DNA from: an uncultured Acidobacteriota bacterium
Lineage (GTDB): Bacteria; Acidobacteriota; Thermoanaerobaculia; Multivoradales; JAHEKO01
Length of the DNA: 64,000 bases
Assembly (NCBI GenBank): GCA_963713825.1
Contig: CAVQNG010000001.1
Coordinates: 320,001 to 384,000, forward strand
Direction of reading: 5' to 3'
The notes beneath the pieces are model-generated. The model searched no databases, was not told the DNA's origin, and worked only from the letters and a program-made list of their open reading frames with translations. The position numbers and the translations under genes are program-made. Positions 8,812-17,250 of this stretch are shown one piece after another (the first letter of the stretch is position 1; each line of letters opens with the position of its first letter).

Positions 8812-10159
8812 GCCTCTTCAGTCCGCCGCGACCTCGGTAGCGCTCCTGGGGATTGGAGTCCTACTCGCATTCCTCGGCAGCTGTGCTGGTGTCGACAAGC
8901 CGGAGCCAACCCCCCGGCTGCCAAGTGAGGATCTACGCTTCCTCGTGCCTCCGAGCACTGGATATCCGCTCGCACTGAAGCCTGGAGAGGGCGAGCGTGT
9001 CGATGCAGCCTTCGAGAACCTGATTCGGGAGGGTCAACGGGACAATGCTCTTTCCCTGAGTCAGCAGGCTCTGAGCCGAGATCCGGACTTCTATCCTGCG
9101 ACTGTCCTGGCAGCGCAAGTCGCCTTTGTGGATCGGGATTTCCACCGAGCGAAGGAGCTGTTGACACCTCAGGTGGCAGAACTCGCCCACTACACGAGCT
9201 GGCAGTTGCTGCTCGGCAGAAGCTCAGAAAAGATGAGCGACCTCGTTTCGGCTTACGAAGCCTATGAGAACGTGGCTGAGGCCACTCCGGTGGCGCGTTC
9301 CAGGACCCGGGAGCTCGGGCCGAGGGTTGCGCAGGTTCTGGCCCAGCGCATCGAGAGCGACCTCCAGAAGGGGAGCTCCGAGGAGGCGATGACTGAGCTC
9401 GCCCGCATGGAGAAGTGGCTTCCGGAGGAGACCCTTACTCTGGAGTCTGTCGCGGCGGTCGCCCAGGCGACCTCGAATCCAGAGGCCGAACTGAAGGCCG
9501 TGTCAAAGCTCTCTGCTCGCGATCCCGGCGATCGCTCGCTGGCTGAGCGGCAGGCCGTTCTCGAGTTGGAGGTCGGTGACGCCGGCGCTGGATTGCGCAT
9601 CTTCCAGGAGCTTGCGTCGGAGGATCCGCAGGACGCAGAGCTGCAGGACCAGTTGGCCCGAGCCCGGTTCTTGTGGCGACTACAGCTTCTACCTATCGAA
9701 GCACGTGGTCTGGTGAGCCAAGCGGAGTTGAGCCGGGGAGATTTCTCCGCCATGCTCTACTGGCTGTTTCCTGAAGTGAGGTACGGTCAGAGCAGACAAG
9801 TACGAATCGCTAATGATGTTCTTGACCACCCGTATCGCGAAGAGATTGTCCGAGTCGTCAATCTCGGAATCATGGACATCGACGAGAGATTGCATCAGTT
9901 CTCTCCGAACGATGCCGTCACCCGAGCTGAGGCCCTGACATCGATGGTGCGACTTCTGATTCGAAAGCAACCTCCACTGGCCTGTGTCGGCGGATTGCAG
10001 AGAAACGCCTCTCTCGATCTCGACACGGTCTGCGCAGTCGTTGCGAGGTGTGGGCTGATCGCTGCCTCCTCGGACTGCAGGCCGGCGGCGGCTGTTTCGG
10101 GCACCGAAGCCGTCGAATTGAGCCGTCTCACACTGAATCTGCTCGGGGTTCCCCAGTAG
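8798..10159 (+). CDS. Lipoprotein with TPR-like repeats and a C-terminal SLH-like domain
   Basis: Lipobox-like LAFLGSC; helical repeats; DVLDHPYREEIVRVVNLGIM...FSPNDAVTRAE resembles SLH; start uncertain (GTG 8798). Confidence 0.65.
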   Translation: MLKSRPLQSAATSVALLGIGVLLAFLGSCAGVDKPEPTPRLPSEDLRFLVPPSTGYPLALKPGEGERVDAAFENLIREGQRDNALSLSQQALSRDPDFYPATVLAAQVAFVDRDFHRAKELLTPQVAELAHYTSWQLLLGRSSEKMSDLVSAYEAYENVAEATPVARSRTRELGPRVAQVLAQRIESDLQKGSSEEAMTELARMEKWLPEETLTLESVAAVAQATSNPEAELKAVSKLSARDPGDRSLAERQAVLELEVGDAGAGLRIFQELASEDPQDAELQDQLARARFLWRLQLLPIEARGLVSQAELSRGDFSAMLYWLFPEVRYGQSRQVRIANDVLDHPYREEIVRVVNLGIMDIDERLHQFSPNDAVTRAEALTSMVRLLIRKQPPLACVGGLQRNASLDLDTVCAVVARCGLIAASSDCRPAAAVSGTEAVELSRLTLNLLGVPQ

Positions 10160-10249
10160 AGGAAGAGGATGTGATTCCTGGGAGTAGAGAGGCGACTCCT
10201 ATGCAATTGCATCCTCAGACGATCTGATACGATTTTCGCGAAGGGCGCG

Positions 10250-13200
10250 ATGGCCTCTTTCGTTCACCTACATCTCCACAGTCAATACAGTCTTCTGGAC
10301 GGTGCGAATCGTCTAGATGATCTCTTACAGGCAGCGGTCGAGAACGAGATGCCCGCCGTCGCGCTGACGGATCACGGCAACATGTTCGGTGCGATCGACT
10401 TCTATCAGAAGGCGAGGCGCGCCGGTGTCAAGCCGATTCTCGGGATGGAGGCCTACGTCGCCCAGGGCGATCGGACCGATCGGCAACCGAGTCGCAGCAG
10501 TAGCAATCATCTGGTCCTGCTGGTGGAAAGCGAACAGGGATACCGGAATCTCATCAAGCTGACCTCGCGCTCCTACCTCGAGGGCTTCTACTACAAGCCC
10601 CGAGTCGACAAGGCCCTGTTGGCGGAGTACAGCGAAGGTCTAATCTGTTTGTCAGCCTGTCTGAAGGGAGAGGTCAACCAGAGAATCCTCGAGAATCGTG
10701 AGGCGGACGCGGAAGCCGCTGCCAAGGAGTTCCTGGATATCTTCGGGCCGGGCAATTTCTACCTGGAGTTGCAGGACCACGGCATTCCGGAGCAGGCCCA
10801 GGCCAACGAAGTCCTGAGGAAGATCTCCCGCCGCCACGGCATACCGTTGGTGGCGACGAATGATTGCCACTATCTGAAGCAGTCCGACTCGTTCGCCCAT
10901 GACGTCCTTCTGTGTATCGGCACACAGCGCAATTTGAGTGACGAGGGAAGGCTGAAGTACGCCTCCGATCAGTTCTACCTCAAGACCGGTGAAGAGATGG
11001 CCCAGCTCTTTCCAAAGGACCCCGAGGCCATTGAGAACACCCTGGCGATTGCCGAGCGCTGCGACATCGAGATTCCTTCGGGAGATTTCCATCTGCCGGA
11101 ATTCCCTTTGCCTTCTGGGTACGATCTGGACTCCTACTTCAAGAAAGTGGTGCAGGAGGGGCTGCAACAGCGCCTGGCCGAGCTGCGCAGTCAGGGCTCT
11201 CCAATGCTGAAGGAGTTCTCGGAGAGCCTCTACCACGAGCGGTTGGCGACCGAGACGAAGATCATTCTGAAGATGGGCTTTTCGGGTTACTTTCTGATCG
11301 TTTGGGACTTCATCCGTCACGCCAGGGAGCAGAGCATCCCAGTTGGTCCCGGTCGGGGCTCCGCTGCGGGCTCACTGGTGGCCTACGCTCTGCGGATTAC
11401 CGACATCGACCCTCTGCGCTATAACCTCCTGTTCGAGCGCTTCTTGAATCCGGATCGGGTCAGCTTGCCCGATATCGACATCGACTTCTGCATGCGTCGC
11501 CGGGGCGAGGTCATCCAGTACGTCAACGAGAAGTATGGCCGAGACCACGTCGCGCAGATCATCACTTTCGGAACGTTGGCAGCCAAGGCCGTCTTGCGCG
11601 ATGTCGGCCGGGTCATGGGGATTCCCTATTCGAAGGTCGATCGCGTCGCCAAGCTCATCCCGGACATGACCCGCTCGCTCAGTGAAGCGGCCAAGTCGGT
11701 CGACGCACTTTCGAAGGAGATCGAACGGGATCCGGAGGTGCGCGAGATCGTCGAGGTCGGCAGTCGTCTCGAGGGGCTGACCCGCCACGCCTCGCTACAC
11801 GCGGCCGGAGTGGTGATTGCGCCCCGGCCCATCGACGAACTCGTACCGCTCTACAAGACGAGCAAGGATGAGGTTGTCACACAGTGGGACAAGGACGTCA
11901 TCGAGGATCTCGGACTTCTGAAGATGGACTTCCTGGGCCTTCGAACCCTGACCGTGATCGACGACACCTTGCAGATACTTCGTGAGCTAGGAATGGAGCT
12001 CGACCTCGATCACGTGCTGCTGGACGATGACGAGACTTACAGGTTGTTTTGTGATGGTCGGACGAGTGGCATATTCCAGTTCGAATCCACTGGTATGAAG
12101 GATTTGTTGCGGCGAGCCCAGCCGTCGAAGTTCGAGGACCTGGTGGCGTTCAACGCTCTCTATCGCCCCGGCGCCTTGTCGGTCGGCATGGTCGAGGAGT
12201 ACATCAAGCGCAAACGCGGAGACAAAGCGGTTCGGTATGCGCTGCCTGAGACACAGCCCATCCTGGAGGAGACCTACGGCGTCATCGCCTACCAGGAACA
12301 GGTCATGCAGATCGCGGTCGATGTCGCCGGGTTCACGATGGGAGAGGCCGACATCTTGCGTAAGGCCATGGGCAAGAAGAAGCCCGAGGTCATGGCTGAG
12401 CAGAAGGAGAAGTTCATCCAGGGTGCCACCGCACGAGGTGTCGCCAAGAGAAAGGCTCAGGAGCTTTGGGAGTACATCGAGCCCTTTGCCGGCTATGGAT
12501 TCAACAAGAGCCACAGTGTGGCCTACGCGATGCTGGCCTACAAGACGGCCTACCTGAAGGCCCATCACCCAGTCGCGTTCATGACAGCGATGCTGACCTC
12601 TGAGATGTCCTCCAAGGACAACGTGGCGAAGTACTTTCAGGAATGCCGGGAGATGAACATCGATGTCCTGCCGCCAGACATCAACGAGAGCAGTTGGTCG
12701 TTCACCGCGGTCGGGGATTCCATCCGATTTGGGCTCGGAGCGGTCAAAGGGATCGGCGAATCGGCTGTGGAGGCCATTCTGGAAGCGCGTCGACACAGCG
12801 GCAACTTTCGCAGTCTGGCCCATTTCGCGATGGAAGTGGATTCGAAGTCCCTGAACCACAAGGCGATGGAGAGTGTCATCTGTGCCGGCTGCTTCGACAC
12901 CCTCGGGTTCCACCGCAGCGACCTCCTTGCCGCGCTCGATCGCATCTTGGACTACGCTCAGAAGAAGCGGCGGGAGAAGGAGGCCGGGCAAGGGAGCCTT
13001 TTCAGCTCGGAAGCCTTGCCTGAGCCGCAGCCGGTAGAAGGTTCGGAGGTCTGGAGCGAAAGGGAGAGGCTACATCGCGAAAAAGAGGCCTTGGGCTTCT
13101 ATCTGACCGGGAATCCCCTCTCCGAGCACCAAGGCAAGCTGTCTCATCTGACCGATCACACGACGAGCTCGGTGAGGTCCAACGGCGAGGGGAGCGTCCG

Positions 13201-13720
13201 AATCGGCGGCATCGTGACCCGGTTGACGCAGAGCCGAATCCGCAGCGGACCGAATGCGGGCCGGATGATGGGTAGGTTCATGCTCGAGGACCTCGAGGGC
13301 TCTGTGCCGGTCGCGGTTTTCGCAGATCAGCTCCAGAAATTCGGTCATCTCCTCAAGGACGAGGCGATCGTCGTCATCAAAGGCATGGCGCGAGATCGAG
13401 GCGCCGATGTCGAGATCACTATCGAGGATGTGACGGCTCTCGAGCAGGTCGACAAGTCACTCATTCAGGAGTTGGTGATTCAGCTACCGGGAGACCTGCA
13501 GACCGCGAAGATGCTGCAATTGAGAGACATCCTGATCGAGCACACGGGAGACCTGCCGGTTCGCATGGTCATTCCCGTGGCTGGTCGAGAGGTATCGATC
13601 AGTCCGGAGCAGCGCTTCCGTGTGCATCTCGACCAGACCTTGGTAGATGCCGTCGAGAAGGTTCTGGGGCGCGGGGCGCTCCGCAAGCTCTACGGCGAGC
13701 CACCTGTTGGCGTGAGCTGA
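10250..13720 (+). CDS. dnaE: DNA polymerase III alpha subunit
   Basis: PHP motif HLHLHSQYSLLDG, GRGSAAGS, PDIDIDF, KMDFLGL, YGFNKSHS, OB fold. Confidence 0.98.
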   Translation: MASFVHLHLHSQYSLLDGANRLDDLLQAAVENEMPAVALTDHGNMFGAIDFYQKARRAGVKPILGMEAYVAQGDRTDRQPSRSSSNHLVLLVESEQGYRNLIKLTSRSYLEGFYYKPRVDKALLAEYSEGLICLSACLKGEVNQRILENREADAEAAAKEFLDIFGPGNFYLELQDHGIPEQAQANEVLRKISRRHGIPLVATNDCHYLKQSDSFAHDVLLCIGTQRNLSDEGRLKYASDQFYLKTGEEMAQLFPKDPEAIENTLAIAERCDIEIPSGDFHLPEFPLPSGYDLDSYFKKVVQEGLQQRLAELRSQGSPMLKEFSESLYHERLATETKIILKMGFSGYFLIVWDFIRHAREQSIPVGPGRGSAAGSLVAYALRITDIDPLRYNLLFERFLNPDRVSLPDIDIDFCMRRRGEVIQYVNEKYGRDHVAQIITFGTLAAKAVLRDVGRVMGIPYSKVDRVAKLIPDMTRSLSEAAKSVDALSKEIERDPEVREIVEVGSRLEGLTRHASLHAAGVVIAPRPIDELVPLYKTSKDEVVTQWDKDVIEDLGLLKMDFLGLRTLTVIDDTLQILRELGMELDLDHVLLDDDETYRLFCDGRTSGIFQFESTGMKDLLRRAQPSKFEDLVAFNALYRPGALSVGMVEEYIKRKRGDKAVRYALPETQPILEETYGVIAYQEQVMQIAVDVAGFTMGEADILRKAMGKKKPEVMAEQKEKFIQGATARGVAKRKAQELWEYIEPFAGYGFNKSHSVAYAMLAYKTAYLKAHHPVAFMTAMLTSEMSSKDNVAKYFQECREMNIDVLPPDINESSWSFTAVGDSIRFGLGAVKGIGESAVEAILEARRHSGNFRSLAHFAMEVDSKSLNHKAMESVICAGCFDTLGFHRSDLLAALDRILDYAQKKRREKEAGQGSLFSSEALPEPQPVEGSEVWSERERLHREKEALGFYLTGNPLSEHQGKLSHLTDHTTSSVRSNGEGSVRIGGIVTRLTQSRIRSGPNAGRMMGRFMLEDLEGSVPVAVFADQLQKFGHLLKDEAIVVIKGMARDRGADVEITIEDVTALEQVDKSLIQELVIQLPGDLQTAKMLQLRDILIEHTGDLPVRMVIPVAGREVSISPEQRFRVHLDQTLVDAVEKVLGRGALRKLYGEPPVGVS

Positions 13721-13727
13721 GTCTTCA

Positions 13728-15041
13728 GTGCGCCGTTCGATTCCTCTGAGCCCCGAGCAACATCAGACTCTGGAAGATCGCGCGAACCAGGTACACCCTG
13801 GCCTGCTCGACGCGATTCAGAGCACTTCGCAGCGACTCGGCTGTCCGGTCTTCGTGGTAGGTGGAGCGCCCAGAGACCTCGTCTCATCGAATCCGATGGG
13901 CGATCTGGATCTCGTAGTGGAAGGTGATGGCGAGAGTTTCGCGCCAGCTCTGGCCAACGCTCTCGGTGGGAAGGTGAAGAGGCACCCGCGGTTCTTCACT
14001 GCGGAAGTGGAGTTGCCCGGAGGGCGACTCGACGTGGCTACCACGCGTCAGGAGTACTACGACTCTCCAGCGGTGCTGCCCAGCGTAAAGCCAGGGCCAT
14101 TCGAGGATGACCTGAGAAGGCGCGACTTCACCGTCAATACCCTGGCGATCGAGTTGGGAAAGGGCCCGCCATTTGCGATTGAGGATTCATACGAGGCTCT
14201 GCGGGATCTGAAGGAGCATCGGCTGCGGGTACTTCATGATGAGTCCTTCATCGACGACCCGACGAGGATCCTCCGTGGAGTCCGGCTCGAGAGCCGCCTC
14301 GGCCTCAGGCTGGACGAGGTGACGGAGCGTCTGGCAACAGGGGCCGTGAAGGACGGCGTGTTCGACTCTCTCAGCAGCGATAGGTTGCGTCGAGAGCTCT
14401 TCCGTCTATTGGAACCGATTGGCTCGATCGAGACCCGGCTGCAGAGGCTCGATGAGCTCGGCGTCCTGAGCGTGTTGTCCCGGGATCTGCAACTGTCGGC
14501 GGAAGATCAGGCCTGGATTGGCAGAGCAGCAGAGAAGGCAGAAGGCCTCCCCGTAGATATCGCTGACGTCGAAGGCTGGCGCCTGGCTTTTCCTGCACTC
14601 CTCGGGGGTCTCGACCGGACGGCAGTAGAGTCGGTAGCTGCTCGACTCGCGCTGCGGCCGAACGAGAGGGAGTGGCTGCTCACATCGCGCCTCGACCTCG
14701 ATCATGCTGTGGAGGTCCTGCGTCATCCGGATTCGAGGCCGAGTGATGTGGATCGCGCGCTTGGCCCCCTGCGCTCCGAGCAGATAGCGCTGCTTCTGGC
14801 CGTGACCGAGTCGCCGGTGGTGCGGCAGGCCCACGCATGGCTCGATGATTGGCGCGCTGTTCAGCTGTCCTTGACCGGGCAGGAGCTCCTGGAAGCGGGC
14901 ATCGCGCCTGGAGCGTGGATCGGTCGCGCTCTGGACTCGACCCGCGAAGCCCGATTGAACGGTACGATTACCGCCAGGGGGGAATTGGACTTCGCCCTGA
15001 ATCTGCTGAAGAAGGAGAATTCGGGGGCTGAGATCGAATGA
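13728..15041 (+). CDS. Class II tRNA nucleotidyltransferase (CCA/A-adding family)
   Basis: VVGGAPRD, DLDLVV, EDDLRRRDFTVN and DDPTRILR motifs. Confidence 0.88.
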   Translation: MRRSIPLSPEQHQTLEDRANQVHPGLLDAIQSTSQRLGCPVFVVGGAPRDLVSSNPMGDLDLVVEGDGESFAPALANALGGKVKRHPRFFTAEVELPGGRLDVATTRQEYYDSPAVLPSVKPGPFEDDLRRRDFTVNTLAIELGKGPPFAIEDSYEALRDLKEHRLRVLHDESFIDDPTRILRGVRLESRLGLRLDEVTERLATGAVKDGVFDSLSSDRLRRELFRLLEPIGSIETRLQRLDELGVLSVLSRDLQLSAEDQAWIGRAAEKAEGLPVDIADVEGWRLAFPALLGGLDRTAVESVAARLALRPNEREWLLTSRLDLDHAVEVLRHPDSRPSDVDRALGPLRSEQIALLLAVTESPVVRQAHAWLDDWRAVQLSLTGQELLEAGIAPGAWIGRALDSTREARLNGTITARGELDFALNLLKKENSGAEIE

Positions 15042-15730
15042 AGACGTCAGCACAAGTAGGCTGGGCTCCTGCGGGTCGGTGTAGCGCTATCTTGGCGAGT
15101 GTCTGCGTGACCCTTGGGGCATCCCGAGCTGGAGCAGAGGTGGATCGTCGTAGCCATGAGCTGGTGCGGCGGGAGTGCCGAGCTGTCATCGATACCGAGG
15201 ACGTGACGCTATTCGCGAACGGCACGGTCCGCTTGATCTCCAAGCACGACGAGGAGCGCTCCGTCCAACTGACCGAGCTGACGCCGGACGAAGTGGAGGC
15301 ATTCCTGCGCCGGGTGAGAGAAGTCGATTTGTCGGAGGAAGACCCCATCGGCGTGACATTGCAGGGAGATTGGGTCGAGCAATGCCAGCTCTATCTCGAC
15401 GTCGACCCGGAAGTCGAGCCGGTGAGGTATCGATTCGGTCGCTATGACAGCCTTTCACTCGGCCTTTCCAGGGTCAACCGGGTGGCCGATGACCTTCTTC
15501 AGGTCGTCCTGGAGCGGGCTCCCACTGTGGGATTGCCCTATGGGTACGTTCCCGAGCCAGGGGACGTTCTGGAGCGGGTCGACGGAGTCCTGTTCGAGGT
15601 CATCGGACTGACCGGGGACAAGAAAGGCATCGAGCTGATCGGCGTCGAGCAACCTCTGACCATCTATGTGCTCAATGAAGCGGTCGGCCAGCAGTTCAAG
15701 GCATTGGTGAAAAAGCGAAAATTCCCGTGA
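15038..15730 (+). CDS. Hypothetical exported protein
   Basis: ATGA/GTGA overlaps with both neighbours; signal-like N-terminus. Confidence 0.7.
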   Translation: MKTSAQVGWAPAGRCSAILASVCVTLGASRAGAEVDRRSHELVRRECRAVIDTEDVTLFANGTVRLISKHDEERSVQLTELTPDEVEAFLRRVREVDLSEEDPIGVTLQGDWVEQCQLYLDVDPEVEPVRYRFGRYDSLSLGLSRVNRVADDLLQVVLERAPTVGLPYGYVPEPGDVLERVDGVLFEVIGLTGDKKGIELIGVEQPLTIYVLNEAVGQQFKALVKKRKFP

Positions 15731-16284
15731 CGAAGCCCGGGGTGCGGATCTCTGCGGGGAAGTTGAGAGGACGGAGTCTGGCGGTGCCGGCCAGCGCGCG
15801 GCCCACTTCGGCCCGCCTCCGAGAGGCCTTGTTCGACATCTGGCAGCACCGAGTTGCGGGATGTCGATTTCTGGATCTATTTGCTGGTAGTGGAGCTGTC
15901 GGCCTCGAGGCTTTCAGCCGAGGGGCGGACTCTGTGGTCTTTGTTGAGATCGACCGAGAAGCCTCTCGGCGGCTGCGGATGGTCTGCGCTGAGCTGGCAC
16001 CGGATACAAGCACGGTGTTCCAGGCCAATCTGCCAGGTGAGCTGGACCGAGTGATGCGCACGGTCGGGAGTGGCTTCGATCTGATTTTTGCCGATCCGCC
16101 GTACGACTTTGATGCGTACGCGGAGTTGTTGGCGTCGCTCGCTGATTCCCTGGAGATGGGTGGAGAAGTGGCGGTCGAACACTCGGTTCGGAGGGAGCTG
16201 CCGGAGTTGCCAGAAGGTCTGACGCGCCTGGCTATTCGGGACTACGGGGAGAACCGGATTAGTTTCTATGCCGTCGGTGAGTGA
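15727..16284 (+). CDS. rsmD: 16S rRNA (guanine966-N2)-methyltransferase
   Basis: RPTSARLREALF, LDLFAGSGAVGLEAFSRGA and DPPY motifs. Confidence 0.93.
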   Translation: MTKPGVRISAGKLRGRSLAVPASARPTSARLREALFDIWQHRVAGCRFLDLFAGSGAVGLEAFSRGADSVVFVEIDREASRRLRMVCAELAPDTSTVFQANLPGELDRVMRTVGSGFDLIFADPPYDFDAYAELLASLADSLEMGGEVAVEHSVRRELPELPEGLTRLAIRDYGENRISFYAVGE

Positions 16285-16307
16285 GCTCTGCCGGAGCTGG
16301 AAGGCGC

Positions 16308-16934
16308 TCAGGTCGTGAGGAAGAAGGCGAGCTCTTCGAGATTGATTTGAAAGTCGACGTTCTTCGTCCGCACGGACGGGTGCTGCTTCAGCTGGGTCGG
16401 AGCGAAATTCAGCACCGCCTTGATGCCGCTGGCGACAAGATCGTCATAGCAACCCTGGGCTGACGAAGCCGGAACAGAGAGAACGGCGATTTGGGCCCGG
16501 GCTTGCGGCACGACCTCGGGGATCTCACGACTGTGGTGGATGACCAGGTGACCGATCTTGCGCCCGACCTTTCTGCCGTCGACATCGAAAGCGGCGACGA
16601 TTCGGAAGGGCTTGTCATTGACGCTCAGATAGCGAGCCAAAGCGCTTCCAAGGCTACCCATTCCGACCACTGCCAGATTGTGAGCCCTGTCGAGCCCGAG
16701 GAGGCGATTGAGACTCTCAGCGAGATCGTCGATCCGGTAGCCTGTTCCGCGGATGCCGAATTCGCCAAACTGTGCGAGATCCTTCCGTATCAGCGGTGCT
16801 GAGAGCTCGAACTGCTGCGCCAGTTGAATCGAGGAAACATGGGTCGCACCCGATCTCTGAAGTTGCCGCAGACAGCGTAGGTACACTGATAGGCGGTTCA
16901 GCGTGAGGGTGGAGATTTGTGCTGGCTCGGCCAT
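16308..16934 (-). CDS. rex: Redox-sensing transcriptional repressor Rex
   Basis: RLSVYLR, IRKDLAQFGEFG.RG.GY winged helix, VGMGSLG Rossmann motif, LNFAP; ATG at 16934. Confidence 0.95.
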   Translation of the reverse strand: MAEPAQISTLTLNRLSVYLRCLRQLQRSGATHVSSIQLAQQFELSAPLIRKDLAQFGEFGIRGTGYRIDDLAESLNRLLGLDRAHNLAVVGMGSLGSALARYLSVNDKPFRIVAAFDVDGRKVGRKIGHLVIHHSREIPEVVPQARAQIAVLSVPASSAQGCYDDLVASGIKAVLNFAPTQLKQHPSVRTKNVDFQINLEELAFFLTT

Positions 16935-17004
16935 GGCGAACAGGTGAAGGCAAAGTTGCAGGAAAACCGCGGTCGGCGCTGTAGGCTCGTGACAGGCCGC
17001 CACG

Positions 17005-17022
17005 TTGTGAACGATCTCACAA
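17005..17022. promoter_or_regulatory. Rex operator upstream of rex
   Basis: TTGTGAACGATCTCACAA, one mismatch to the Rex consensus TTGTGAA-N4-TTCACAA, about 70 bp upstream of the rex start. Confidence 0.85.
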
Positions 17023-17129
17023 GCGCAAAAGCGAGACAAGAGGGTTTTGGGGTCGAAGGAAAAATCGACCACCACCGCCATCTGGCGATCGGTTACGATG
17101 TCAGTTGTTGATTGGCCGAAGAGGAACTT

Positions 17130-17217
<88 letters not shown>

Positions 17218-17250
17218 GGCCAAGAGGGATTCTAGGGAGGGCAATCGAAG

